Positions 29,369 through 40,332 of a stretch of 49,939 nucleotides of DNA are shown here, in pieces; positions within the stretch are counted from its first letter, which is position 1, and each line of letters begins with the position of its first letter. The DNA lies in contig QZJU01000012.1 of assembly GCA_003597955.1 (NCBI GenBank), positions 1 to 49,939 on the forward strand, given 5' to 3'. The position numbers were made by a program, and so were the translations under genes. The DNA comes from Candidatus Parcubacteria bacterium. GTDB lineage: Bacteria > Patescibacteriota > Patescibacteriia > PEXW01. The notes beneath the pieces are model-generated. The model saw only the letters and a program-made list of their open reading frames with translations, did not search any database and was not told the DNA's origin.

Positions 29369-29761
29369 TCACGATTGAATCAACTCCAGGATTTTCCGCA
29401 AAGGCGCCGCGCCGTCAACCATGCCCCGCAAAACAAAACTGTCTGCGCCATTTTCGATAAAACTGTTTTCCAGCGCCGAATTGCCTGAACAGCCGATAAT
29501 CGGGCAGGTAATGCCTCGCTCCCGCAGCAGGCGCACAATTTTTGGGCCGGCAGAAATCCGGCATTCGGATAAAAATCCACCGACGATTATCGCTATAAGC
29601 GCGTTTTTTCTTTGCAGAGTCAAAGCTATATCCAAGAATCCGCAATTTCTTAATTCAGCCGTCATCATTACGCGGAGGCAGAAATCCGGCGGCGTTCGGA
29701 CTTTTTGGTTGTCCCGGATGATTGATTCATCGTCTTCAAGGAGCAATATAGTTTTATCCAT
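29369..29761 (-). CDS. Atypical single-domain receiver (CheY-like) protein
   Basis: ILLLEDD, PIIGCSG and GADSFV motifs. Asp and Lys signature residues are replaced. Confidence 0.65.
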   Translation of the reverse strand: MDKTILLLEDDESIIRDNQKVRTPPDFCLRVMMTAELRNCGFLDIALTLQRKNALIAIIVGGFLSECRISAGPKIVRLLRERGITCPIIGCSGNSALENSFIENGADSFVLRGMVDGAAPLRKILELIQS

Positions 29762-29954
29762 CTCGTCTCCAAATAGATTTTTTTGAGTTTAGGGTTTTTA
29801 GACTGAAATGTCAAAAGTCTGGTACCCGAAAATTGCTGATGCGGGGTTTTGAGCAGGCTTGACTTTTTCGAATTAGTTTTTACAATAATTTTGCGGTCTT
29901 TTATAAGCAAATTCTGGGGAAGACCCGGGATATTACGCATTTTAAGTCCGAAAA

Positions 29955-30206
29955 ATGGAAAAAAATGGAAAAACCGGCTTTTGGCAGGCCTTAAGTCTTG
30001 CTTGGGAGTTTGGTTATGTTATTGCCATTCCGATCGTGATTTTCGCCCTTTTGGGACGAATTCTCGATAAGAAGTTCGGTACCTCGCCTTGGCTTTTGCT
30101 GGCGGGCATTCTAATTTCTATCCTCATTTCTTCTTTTGGTTTAATCGCAAAATTTAAAAAAATGCTGAAAAAGCTCGAATCTGATAATCGAAAGGAAAGC
30201 AAATAA
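29955..30206 (+). CDS. AtpZ/AtpI family protein
   Basis: G..LD..FGTSPW motif and two TMs; first gene of the atp operon. Confidence 0.85.
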   Translation: MEKNGKTGFWQALSLAWEFGYVIAIPIVIFALLGRILDKKFGTSPWLLLAGILISILISSFGLIAKFKKMLKKLESDNRKESK

Positions 30207-30955
30207 TGGCCTCGGAGGTTTCTTTGGCTGCGGAAAAAGTTTTTCACCTGGGGCCGTTGCCGATAACCAACAGTTTATTGGCGACCTGGGCGGTGATGGT
30301 GATTTTAATCGTGGGGGCGTTTATTTTGAACAAGAAGATTCAAAAAGAGAAACCCGGCGGGTTTCAAAATTTGGTGGAAATGATATTTGAAGGCGCTTTG
30401 AATCTGATGGACTCGGTTACGCAAGACCGGCAGCAATCTCTTAAGTTTTTTCCATTTGTCTTTACGTTGTTTATTTTAATAATTTTGGGAAATTGGTTCG
30501 GGCTGATGCCGGGCGTCGGCACGGTCGGATTTCACGAAATCCACGAAGGCAAAGAATTGTTCGTGCCATTATTGCGGGGTTCGGCTGCGGATTTGAATTT
30601 TACCTTAGCCTTAGCCGCCATTTCCGTGGTCGCCACGCAAGTAATCGCAATTTTCACTCTTGGCACCTGGAAGCATTTAAAAAAATATATTAATTTCAAA
30701 AATCCTATCTTGGGCTTTGTCGGCGCATTGGAAGGCATTTCCGAATTTGCGAAAATTTTGTCCTTTTCTTTTCGGCTTTTCGGCAACATTTTTGCCGGCG
30801 AAGTATTGCTTATTGTCATCGGGTTGATTATCCCGTATCTGGTGCCCATACCGTTTTTGTTCTTGGAACTTTTTGTCGGTTTTATTCAAGCGTTCATATT
30901 TTCGGTTTTAACTTTGGTGTTCCTGAAAATCGCCACGACGGCCAGCGAGCATTAA
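30206..30955 (+). CDS. atpB: ATP synthase Fo subunit a
   Basis: QN.VE, NWFGLMP, SFRLFGNIFAGE and E.FVG.IQA motifs. Confidence 0.96.
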   Translation: MASEVSLAAEKVFHLGPLPITNSLLATWAVMVILIVGAFILNKKIQKEKPGGFQNLVEMIFEGALNLMDSVTQDRQQSLKFFPFVFTLFILIILGNWFGLMPGVGTVGFHEIHEGKELFVPLLRGSAADLNFTLALAAISVVATQVIAIFTLGTWKHLKKYINFKNPILGFVGALEGISEFAKILSFSFRLFGNIFAGEVLLIVIGLIIPYLVPIPFLFLELFVGFIQAFIFSVLTLVFLKIATTASEH

Positions 30956-31079
30956 TAATAAGACGCTTTGCGTTTTCTTAAAAAACGCCAGCCGTTTCAT
31001 TATTAATTAACCAGCATTTCGGTCCCGACTTTAAAAATCCAAAATCAGTCGAGAACCAAAAAATGCGAAAGGAAAAAAT

Positions 31080-31307
31080 ATGGAAGCAGATTCCGCAAAA
31101 CTCTTTGCCGCCGCTCTGGCCATCGCCATTGGTGGTTTCGGCCCCGCGTTTGCCATCGGAAAATTGGCTGCCAAAGCCATGGAAGCCATTGGCCGCAACC
31201 CCGAAGCCGCCGGCAAAATCCAAGTGCCAATGCTGATCGCTATGGCATTCGCCGAAGCCATCGCGGTTTACGCTTTGGTCGTGGCGCTGATTATAAAATT
31301 CGTGTAA
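31080..31307 (+). CDS. atpE: ATP synthase Fo subunit c
   Basis: RNPEA loop and the essential Glu in FAEAI. Confidence 0.96.
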   Translation: MEADSAKLFAAALAIAIGGFGPAFAIGKLAAKAMEAIGRNPEAAGKIQVPMLIAMAFAEAIAVYALVVALIIKFV

Positions 31308-31426
31308 ATATTCCCGCGTACCGTCCCGCCTAGCGGGGGGTACGGGGTTTCGTTCCTGCACCTCAGCGGGGATGAAACTTCGTATCTTTAATCGCGCGAA
31401 AGTTTTCACTCGCGCCTGAACTAAAA

Positions 31427-31930
31427 ATGGATGAATTAATAAAAAAATTCGGCATTGAACCCGCGTTATTAATTGCGCAAATAATCAATTTCGGTATTGT
31501 GCTGTTTGTCTTGTGGAAATTTGCGTATAAACCGGTTCTAAAAGTCTTAAGAGATCGGCAGGCAAAAGTTAAACAGAGCTTGGTCGACGCGAAAGCGATT
31601 GAGGAAAAACTGCACGCCGCGGAAGCGCTAAAAAAAGAAAAAATTCTGGAAGCCCGCGCTGAAGCAGAGCAGATTTTGGAAGCCGCCAACATTGAAAGTC
31701 AAAGGTTGAAGCAGCGAACCATCGCTGAAACCCAAACCGAGATCGCTAAGCTTAAAACCCAAGCCCAAGCCGAGATTGTCGCTCAAAAAGCCCAGGCCTT
31801 AAACCAGGCGAAAGCCGAAATCGTGGATTTGGTAATTGACGCCAGCGGTAGGGTAGTGGGGAAAGCTGGTTTGGAAAAGGTAAATCGCGCCTTGGTTGAA
31901 GAAGCGTTAAAAGAAACTGAAAATGCCTAA
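31427..31930 (+). CDS. atpF: ATP synthase Fo subunit b
   Basis: AQIINF...KP....L..R motif followed by a coiled coil; operon position. Confidence 0.94.
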   Translation: MDELIKKFGIEPALLIAQIINFGIVLFVLWKFAYKPVLKVLRDRQAKVKQSLVDAKAIEEKLHAAEALKKEKILEARAEAEQILEAANIESQRLKQRTIAETQTEIAKLKTQAQAEIVAQKAQALNQAKAEIVDLVIDASGRVVGKAGLEKVNRALVEEALKETENA

Positions 31931-32330
31931 ATTCACGCCCAACCAATACGCCGCCGCATATTTGGAATTGGCTTTGCCAGCACCAAATGAAAAGCGCGAG
32001 CAACTGGCTTTACGGCTGGTTAAAAACTTGGCTTACAAAAGACAACTTAAGCTTTTGCCAAGAATCATTTCGGCATTGGAAAACTTGATCGCCAAGCGCG
32101 GCGGTCCGCTGGTGATTAATTTTCAAACTGCCACAAAACTTGGAACATCCGCTGACAAGGAAATAAGCCAGCAGCTGAAAAAAATTTCGGGGCGGGAAAT
32201 AAAATTGCGCCATCAGACAAACCCTAAACTCTTGGCCGGCGCCAAATTGAAAATCGACGATCGCTTGATTGATAACTCCTTAAGTTCCCGTCTGCAAAGT
32301 TTAAAATCACATCTTTTAACTAACGTTTAA
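31923..32330 (+). CDS. atpH: ATP synthase F1 delta subunit (short)
   Basis: YA N-terminal motif, P.LLAG..L..DD..ID.SL..RL C-terminus; operon position. Confidence 0.85.
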   Translation: MPKFTPNQYAAAYLELALPAPNEKREQLALRLVKNLAYKRQLKLLPRIISALENLIAKRGGPLVINFQTATKLGTSADKEISQQLKKISGREIKLRHQTNPKLLAGAKLKIDDRLIDNSLSSRLQSLKSHLLTNV

Positions 32331-32332
32331 TT

Positions 32333-33835
32333 ATGCCCCATACCATTGTTGAAGTTTTAAAACAGCAATTGCAAAATTTTAAAGCCGAGGCCGTGAAAAC
32401 CACGGTCGGTCAGGTTATTGAAACCGGCGACGGCATTGCGCGCGTGGAGGGCCTGTCGAACATCCGCGCGAGCGAGAAAGTGGAATTCGCTTCGGGCGCC
32501 AGGGGCGTGGCTTTGAACCTGGAAGAAGACACAGTCGGCATAATGATAATGAAAGGTGCGATTGAAGTTAAGGAAGGCGAGGAAGTCCGTGGCACGGGTG
32601 AAATTCTATCGGTGCCGGTCGGCCCGGAAATGGTCGGCCGCGTGGTCAACCCTTTGGGCGAAACCATCGACGGCAAAGGCGCCATCCAAACCAAGCAAGC
32701 CTACCCGGTAGAAAGGATTGCGCCGGGTGTTATTACCCGTGAATCCGTCCATCAGCCCTTGCAAACCGGCATCAAAGCCATTGACGCGCTCATCCCAATC
32801 GGTCGCGGCCAGCGAGAATTAATCATCGGTGACCGGCAAACCGGTAAAACCGCGATTGCCATTGATACGATTATTAATCAGAAAGGCACGGGCGTTATTT
32901 GTATTTACGTGGCCATCGGCCAAAAAGCCTCTAAAGTGGCGCGAATCGTGGCTGAATTGGAAAAGCAAGGCGCGATGGAACATACCATCGTAGTTTTAGC
33001 CGGCGCTTCGGATCCGGCCGCCTTATCATTTCTGGCGCCGTATGCGGGCTGCGCTTTGGGCGAATATTTCATGGACCAGGGCAAGGACGCCCTGATTATT
33101 TACGATGATCTTTCCAAACACGCTTGGGCTTACCGCCAAGTTTCCTTATTATTGCGCCGGCCGCCTGGCCGAGAGGCTTACCCAGGTGACATTTTCTATT
33201 TGCATTCCCGGTTGCTGGAGCGCGCAGCCAAACTTAACCCGGATTTTAAAGGCGGTAGTTTGACGGCCTTGCCGATCATCGAAACCCAGGCCGGCGATGT
33301 TTCAGCTTACATTCCCACCAATGTCATTTCCATTACCGACGGTCAGATTTATCTGGAAGCCGATTTGTTTTACCAAGGCCAGCGGCCGGCATTGAACATC
33401 GGTTTGTCGGTTTCCCGGGTGGGTTCTGCCGCGCAGAACAAAGCCATGAAAAAAGTGGCAGGAAAATTAAGGTTGGACATGGCGCAATATCGGGAATTGG
33501 CGGCTTTTGCCCAATTTGGTTCGGATTTGGACGCGGCCACCAAGCAGCAGCTGGAAAGGGGCAAACGTACATCCGAAATTTTAAAGCAGAATGTCCTAAT
33601 GCCTTTGCCGGTCACGCATCAAGTTGCGGTTTTGTACGCGGTCACCCAAGGGCTTTTGGATGAAATTAAGGTTGAAGAAGTTCAGAAATGGGAAAAAGAC
33701 TTTTTGCACGCTTTAACGACCCAGCACTCTAAGTTCCTGCAGAATTTGGAAAAAACCGCAGAATTGTCGCCGGAAATCGAAAAGGAGTTGAAGGAAATTA
33801 TTTCGAACTTTAACGCTTTAAGAACGAAAAAATAA
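32333..33835 (+). CDS. atpA: ATP synthase F1 alpha subunit
   Basis: [20 protein letters not shown] and SVSRVG motifs. Confidence 0.98.
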   Translation: MPHTIVEVLKQQLQNFKAEAVKTTVGQVIETGDGIARVEGLSNIRASEKVEFASGARGVALNLEEDTVGIMIMKGAIEVKEGEEVRGTGEILSVPVGPEMVGRVVNPLGETIDGKGAIQTKQAYPVERIAPGVITRESVHQPLQTGIKAIDALIPIGRGQRELIIGDRQTGKTAIAIDTIINQKGTGVICIYVAIGQKASKVARIVAELEKQGAMEHTIVVLAGASDPAALSFLAPYAGCALGEYFMDQGKDALIIYDDLSKHAWAYRQVSLLLRRPPGREAYPGDIFYLHSRLLERAAKLNPDFKGGSLTALPIIETQAGDVSAYIPTNVISITDGQIYLEADLFYQGQRPALNIGLSVSRVGSAAQNKAMKKVAGKLRLDMAQYRELAAFAQFGSDLDAATKQQLERGKRTSEILKQNVLMPLPVTHQVAVLYAVTQGLLDEIKVEEVQKWEKDFLHALTTQHSKFLQNLEKTAELSPEIEKELKEIISNFNALRTKK

Positions 33836-34731
33836 TGCCCAGCACCCGCGACATCCGCCGACGGATCAAATCCATCGGCAATACCCGGAAAATCACCAAG
33901 GCCATGGAATTGGTCGCGGCTTCAAAAATGCGCAAAGCCGTGGCCCAAGCTTTGGCGACCCGGGCTTATGCGCTGGCGGCGTGGGAGGTTTTGACTAATG
34001 TTTCCAGAGTGACGAACCGAGAAGCGCATGCTTTGTTGATTCAGCGCCCGATAAAGAAAGTCGCAGTAATCGTGATTAGCTCGGACCGGGGCTTGGCCGG
34101 CGGTTTTAACGCCAACATTGTTCGCCAAGCCTTGCAGGTGATTGCTGAAGAAAATAAGGTGCCGGTTGAAGTGATTGCCCTGGGCAACAAAGGCGCTGAT
34201 GGCTTACGCCGCGCCGGCGTGAATTTGGTCGCAGCTTTTTCAAATCCGCACACTAAACCGACCCTGGAAGACTTGGCGCCCTTAACGAAAATAGCCATTG
34301 CTGATTTTGTAGCCGGGATTTACGACAAAGTTTATGCCGTCTACACCGATTTCGTTTCTACCTTAACCCAAAAAGCACGAAGCCGGGTGGTCTTGCCCAT
34401 CCAGAAGGAAACGGTCAGACGGATTTTAGACGATGTGGCCCCGGAAATCGACCAAACTCAAACCCAGGAGATCAATCCGTACTTGTTCGAACCGAGCGGT
34501 GACGAAGTGTTGGAAAAAATGCTTAAAGCCTTAGTGCAGTCGCAAGTTTATCAAGTAGTTTTGGAATCCTTGGCTTCGGAACATGCGGCGCGGATGGTGG
34601 CCATGCGTAACGCCAATGACGCGGCCGGCGAACTGATTGATGATTTGACCTTGACCTATAACCAGGCGCGCCAAGCGGGCATTACCCGGGAAATCGCGGA
34701 AATTAGCGCAGGAAGGGCGGCGTTGGAATAG
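33835..34731 (+). CDS. atpG: ATP synthase F1 gamma subunit
   Basis: KITKAMELVAASK, DRGLAG, SEHAARMVAM and RQAGIT.EI motifs. Confidence 0.97.
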   Translation: MPSTRDIRRRIKSIGNTRKITKAMELVAASKMRKAVAQALATRAYALAAWEVLTNVSRVTNREAHALLIQRPIKKVAVIVISSDRGLAGGFNANIVRQALQVIAEENKVPVEVIALGNKGADGLRRAGVNLVAAFSNPHTKPTLEDLAPLTKIAIADFVAGIYDKVYAVYTDFVSTLTQKARSRVVLPIQKETVRRILDDVAPEIDQTQTQEINPYLFEPSGDEVLEKMLKALVQSQVYQVVLESLASEHAARMVAMRNANDAAGELIDDLTLTYNQARQAGITREIAEISAGRAALE

Positions 34732-34739
34732 GTTTATCT

Positions 34740-34799
34740 GGGAGTAGAGACTTTAGTCCCTCGTTCGTAAAAAACAAAGAGGCTGAAGCCTCTACTCCC
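34740..34799. repeat. GTAG...CTAC REP/REPIN-like inverted repeat
   Basis: GGGAGTAGAGACTTTAGTCCCTC pairs imperfectly with GAGGCTGAAGCCTCTACTCCC. Confidence 0.65.
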
Positions 34800-34804
34800 C
34801 CGTC

Positions 34805-34844
34805 ATTCGTAATCCGTATATTCGTACTGATTCGTACATTCGTA
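34805..34844. repeat. Five near-tandem ATTCGTA heptamers
   Basis: Copies start at 34805, 34812 (ATCCGTA), 34820, 34830 and 34838. Confidence 0.8.
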
Positions 34845-34924
34845 GGAAAGCCGCAGGTGTATAAAAAAGCGCCTTGAAGTTATCGCAGCGCCTAGTGAGA
34901 AAATAAAATATGGTAATAACTGTG

Positions 34925-35161
34925 CTATGGCCATCGAGTAGTGGAAACAATTGTGGTAATTAGTCCAGCGGCGAGAAGCAATGCGCCCACGAATGCATCC
35001 CATGTCGCATGTTCTAAATATCCATTGGGAGTTAAATGTTGTGAAATTAGATAGAACCCAACGAAAGTTAGTAGCGGCCCAATGGCAACATGGAAAGCTT
35101 GTTTTACCAGCTTGGCTTTGGACAGAACGATCGCTTTAAAGCTTTTTAATAGAAAGAACAT
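34925..35161 (-). CDS. 78-aa two-TM membrane protein, antisense inside the atp operon
   Basis: GGAGGTG RBS before the ATG and two hydrophobic helices. Confidence 0.65.
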   Translation of the reverse strand: MFFLLKSFKAIVLSKAKLVKQAFHVAIGPLLTFVGFYLISQHLTPNGYLEHATWDAFVGALLLAAGLITTIVSTTRWP

Positions 35162-35266
35162 GTTGCACCTCCAATGTTTTTCAATATACTATGGGTTGTT
35201 TATAATGTAAATTCTCGCTTTAAATACATAAAGAATCCGAATAACCAGCCCTATAAATTATATTAA

Positions 35267-36670
<1,404 letters not shown>

Positions 36671-36792
36671 GTTTAAAGGTTTGGGTGCGGATCTCAGTAT
36701 CGTTACGCGGTGTGGTCATACGGCCTATGACTATCAGCTACACCGATACGAAGGTCAACACCCAAAACTACGCACTACAACCATTAATAAAC

Positions 36793-37212
36793 ATGCCCAA
36801 GACCATCAATCTCACCATAACCACCCCAGAAAGAATCGTTTTTCAAGACCAGGTTGACGAAGTGGTTTTGCCGACCCCGCAAGGTGAGATTGGCATCTTG
36901 CCAAACCACCTGCCTTTAATTTCTTTAATGTCGGCGGGTGAGATTCGGGTTAAAAAGGGGGAGGAAATGACCCCCCTGGCCGTTTCTTCGGGTTTTATTG
37001 AAGTTCGGAATAATCAAGTGACGATTCTGGCTGATACTGCGGAAAAAGCCGAAGAAATTGACGAGCAGAGAGCCCAAGCCGGCCGGGAACGCGCCCAGGC
37101 TTTGATGAAAGAGCGCGCGACCGATGATGTGGGCTTAGCTGGCGCCCAGGCGGCATTGGCAAAGGAATTGGCCAGGTTGAAAGTCGCGCGCAAGAAACGG
37201 AAATATACATAA
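36793..37212 (+). CDS. atpC: ATP synthase F1 epsilon subunit
   Basis: ITTPER, GEIGILPNH.P and GFIEV motifs. The real start is the ATG at 36793, not 36685. Confidence 0.95.
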   Translation: MPKTINLTITTPERIVFQDQVDEVVLPTPQGEIGILPNHLPLISLMSAGEIRVKKGEEMTPLAVSSGFIEVRNNQVTILADTAEKAEEIDEQRAQAGRERAQALMKERATDDVGLAGAQAALAKELARLKVARKKRKYT

Positions 37213-37267
37213 ATATTTTTTCCTTGGTCAAGCTTGTGAACCTAAAGGTTTTTGTTATACTAAAAAT

Positions 37268-37639
37268 ATGCCTGCGGAAAATTTTAATATAAAAAAATTT
37301 GTTCTTGCCAGCGCAATCGTCATGGGCGCGTTTCTGCTTGGCGGGGGAGCGTGGCTGTTTTGGTCAAACCAAAGTTTGCCCCAAGCCCGGGCGGCCTGTG
37401 GCATTGAAAATTGCCACGGCATGGAAATTACTTGCGGCCCCAATATCGCGGAAATTTGCACGGATATTTATTTAATGGGGGACAGATGCCGGCAGTTCGC
37501 GTCGTGCGGAATTGTAAACAACACCTGCCAGCAAATCCAGAACCCGCAATTCACGGCCTGCAAAACTTGCGTGGAATCGTGTCTAAATCAGTTTGCCAAT
37601 GATCAGGTCAAGGCTTTTGAATGCGAAAGCGCCTGTTGA
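37268..37639 (+). CDS. Membrane-anchored extracellular cysteine-rich protein (12 Cys)
   Basis: N-terminal TM followed by 12 Cys in about 80 aa. Confidence 0.8.
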   Translation: MPAENFNIKKFVLASAIVMGAFLLGGGAWLFWSNQSLPQARAACGIENCHGMEITCGPNIAEICTDIYLMGDRCRQFASCGIVNNTCQQIQNPQFTACKTCVESCLNQFANDQVKAFECESAC

Positions 37640-37713
37640 TTTTGGTTTTAAATAAATAAATCCCCCAGGACATTTGGCGTCCAAAGGGGGATTAAGAGGA
37701 AAGAGTCGCACTT

Positions 37714-37991
37714 TTAGGTTTTTGGAATGAACTGCTGGAGCAGAAGAACCTCAATATCGATGTTGAGGTTTTTCAATTCAGCCAGAATCTCATCGATGTG
37801 GGGGCTTGGCGTTGTCACCAGCCGGATGAAAGGCTGTATGACCGCGAGATGATCAAGAACCGCAGATTTCACAAAGGAAAGGTAAGAACATAGTCTTTTT
37901 GCCAGGGCTTGCCATGGAAAGCGCTTATGATCTGTTTTGTTACCCCAGGTAAATCTTCTTCGCGGATTCCATACATTTCAATATTCGGCAT
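37714..37991 (-). pseudogene. ~90-aa hypothetical protein frameshifted by a 5-bp duplication
   Basis: AGGAGG RBS and ATG at 37991 (MPNIEMYG...). Removing one AAAGG copy of 37873-37882 restores a 273-nt ORF ending DIEVLLLQQFIPKT*. Confidence 0.7.
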
Positions 37992-38152
37992 TTCTGCCTC
38001 CTTATTTGATTTTTGTTTAAATAGTTTAAAACAAAGAAGTATAGCAAAATCATCAGGTTTGTCAAGGGGTTGTTTGACAAAGTCTTGAAGTAGGCTTTAA
38101 ATGTGTGTATTAAAACTGAACTTTTAAATTTTTTAAAAAAAAGGAGACAAGC

Positions 38153-39013
38153 GTGAGTAATTATTCCGTGGTTCTGCCGATTGTGGCTGCCGTGCAGGCG
38201 ACTGAAACGCAGTTGGGTTTGGCTCCAAAATGGCAAGCCGTTAATAACGCGCAAGTAGAATTTCTGGAAAATTTCCTGCCCCTAAAATCCTACCTGAATC
38301 TTTTTCCAGAGATAAAAGCTTCGGCCATGGTTTCCGAAACCAGCCCCAGGATAACCGCACCCAACATTAAGACCATCAAAGCCTATGGCAATCTGGATGT
38401 CACCGTTGAATGGCCCGAGGAAGGCCAGGCATGCAACATTATCACGCCAGCTAAAAAAAGCTATCCCGGCGTTAGGTTGCAGAAAAATCGGGTGAGTTTT
38501 CATGAATCAAAAGACTATGAGTTCCCGATCATAAGGATCGAAACTCGGAGCAGCGACTTGGTTTATATGACCATGCTGCCTGCCGGCGGGGAATACACAA
38601 ATTTTGAGTTAGAAAAAGCGGTCAAACACCTGTTCTGGGATTCCCAGCCCCGCTTGATTTTCGGAAAATATGGCGGGCTTCAGTTCCCAATGGCAAAATT
38701 TCGAATTTCGGAAAAGATTTCCTGGCTAATGGGTATGAAGGGCCAAGATGCTGAAGGTTTCCCAGCCGTTATGGCTGATGCCCTGCAAGAAACAAAACTA
38801 AAGTTGAATCGTCAGGGCGCGCGGGTGATTTCAAAGGTTTGGTTGCGAACCGATGTTATGCTGGCGCGAATGCCGGATCCTGAACCGCCTGATTACATAA
38901 TTAACCAGCCGTTTCTCGTCTGGTTTGTTCGGACTAAAGTGGCCCAACCTTATGCGATCTTCTGGCTGGACGAAGCCGACTGGAAGGATCCCGGGGATCT
39001 TGATAGCTTTTAA
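38153..39013 (+). CDS. Divergent serpin-like protein
   Basis: AGGAG RBS and GTG start. The C-terminal half follows the serpin pattern: FP......WL.GM, Q.T.LKLN..GA (hinge), Pro-rich loop, IINQPFLVW. Confidence 0.5.
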   Translation: MSNYSVVLPIVAAVQATETQLGLAPKWQAVNNAQVEFLENFLPLKSYLNLFPEIKASAMVSETSPRITAPNIKTIKAYGNLDVTVEWPEEGQACNIITPAKKSYPGVRLQKNRVSFHESKDYEFPIIRIETRSSDLVYMTMLPAGGEYTNFELEKAVKHLFWDSQPRLIFGKYGGLQFPMAKFRISEKISWLMGMKGQDAEGFPAVMADALQETKLKLNRQGARVISKVWLRTDVMLARMPDPEPPDYIINQPFLVWFVRTKVAQPYAIFWLDEADWKDPGDLDSF

Positions 39014-39027
39014 ACGTGTGTTTTTTT

Positions 39028-39058
39028 AAAACCGCCTGCTTTTTAAGTCGGCGGTTTT
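39028..39058. terminator. Intrinsic terminator
   Basis: AAAACCGCC...GGCGGTTTT hairpin after the 39013 stop. Confidence 0.6.
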
Positions 39059-39122
39059 ATGATTTGCGCAACGTCGGTATTTTTGCGACAATTAAGACAA
39101 ATAAAGCCTTAACCTAAAGAAT

Positions 39123-39902
39123 ATGGAAATTTTCTTTGACGACAGCAAATTTCGGAAAATCCGTGTTTTTAACCTCTTGATGGGTTTTTTACATCTTTTT
39201 CAGGCGATTTTAATGCTGTTTTTGAGTACAGATTTTAGTCTACCCATCACCTCGGCTTTTGTGGAAATGAATCTGTCGAGCGGGAAATTAGAACCGGTTT
39301 TGCGTAACTTGTTTGATTTACAGATTGGACCTTTGGTGGCTGGTTTTTTGTTCCTTTCGGCATTGGCGCATTTTGCGGTTTCCTACGGCGGTATTTACCA
39401 ATGGTATGTCAAGAATTTAAAAAAGGGCATTAATCACGCCCGTTGGCTGGAATACGCCCTAAGCTCGTCCTTAATGATGGTGGTAATCGCTCTATTGGTG
39501 GGCGTCTATGACGGGCTGACTTTAATACTGATGTTTTTCCTAAATGCCGCCATGATTCTTTTCGGCTGGCTAATGGAGCTTCATAACCAATCAACAGCCC
39601 AGACCAATTGGGCCAGCTATATTTTTGGGTGCATTGCCGGCGCTGTCCCCTGGGTGGTAGTGGCTTTTTATCTTTTCAATGCCGGCGGCGATGCGGGCCG
39701 GGCGCCGACATTCGTTTATTGGATTTTCTTTTCAATTTTTATTTTTTTCAACATTTTTGCGCTCAATATGCTCTTTCAGTACAAGCGAGTGGGGAAGTGG
39801 AAAGAATATCTGTACGGAGAGCGGATTTACATTGTTTTAAGCTTGGTGGCTAAGTCGCTTTTGGCTTGGCAGGTTTTTGCCGGAACATTGAGGCCGGTCT
39901 AG
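39123..39902 (+). CDS. Heliorhodopsin
   Basis: Seven TMs; N...G.LH..Q, SALAH, N..RWLEY..SSS.M, FG..ME, P.FV, GE..YI.LSLVAK (retinal Lys). Confidence 0.95.
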   Translation: MEIFFDDSKFRKIRVFNLLMGFLHLFQAILMLFLSTDFSLPITSAFVEMNLSSGKLEPVLRNLFDLQIGPLVAGFLFLSALAHFAVSYGGIYQWYVKNLKKGINHARWLEYALSSSLMMVVIALLVGVYDGLTLILMFFLNAAMILFGWLMELHNQSTAQTNWASYIFGCIAGAVPWVVVAFYLFNAGGDAGRAPTFVYWIFFSIFIFFNIFALNMLFQYKRVGKWKEYLYGERIYIVLSLVAKSLLAWQVFAGTLRPV

Positions 39903-40024
39903 GAAAACGTTTGAGATTGCTTATAGTTTACCTATTAGTTCAACTCTGAACCCTCCAGACAGGAAGGCGTTTTTGAAAAAATAAAAAAGCCCTCATAAAA
40001 TTTGAGAGCTTTTAGTCCAAGGAT

Positions 40025-40210
40025 TCAGCAGCCGCGATTGCGATTACCTGGCAGATTAAAGCTGCTCTTGCGACCGACGGCCTTAGTCGAGAGATGAGGG
40101 CAAGTTTTTGGCTGGCGGCTTTTCATTACGATGAAGCGTTTGAAATTTTCACGAGCGTCATTTGCGCCTAGCGCTTTTTCGAAATCCAAAAGCATTTTCA
40201 GATCCAGCAT
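40025..40210 (-). CDS. Small basic hypothetical protein (61 aa)
   Basis: GGAGG 10 nt before ATG 40210 and a hairpin just after the stop. Confidence 0.4.
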   Translation of the reverse strand: MLDLKMLLDFEKALGANDARENFKRFIVMKSRQPKTCPHLSTKAVGRKSSFNLPGNRNRGC

Positions 40211-40332
40211 GATTATATTGCCTCCAAGAAATGTTAAAAGACTGTTTGATTTGCTAGGTAGCGTACCAGAAGTTGCGGAGGTTGTCAACCCCGCAGGCTA
40301 GTTTTTGGTTTTTTGCTATACTTTTTTATAGT

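Noticed and set aside
31080-31307. Na+-coupled ATP synthase
   Set aside because: Subunit c has E-A rather than the E-S/T plus Gln sodium-binding signature, so it is probably proton-coupled.
37714-37991. UGA recoding (genetic code 25) as the cause of the internal stop
   Set aside because: tmk, gatB and other genes end in TGA, and the plausible C-terminus lies in a different frame, explained by the 5-bp duplication.
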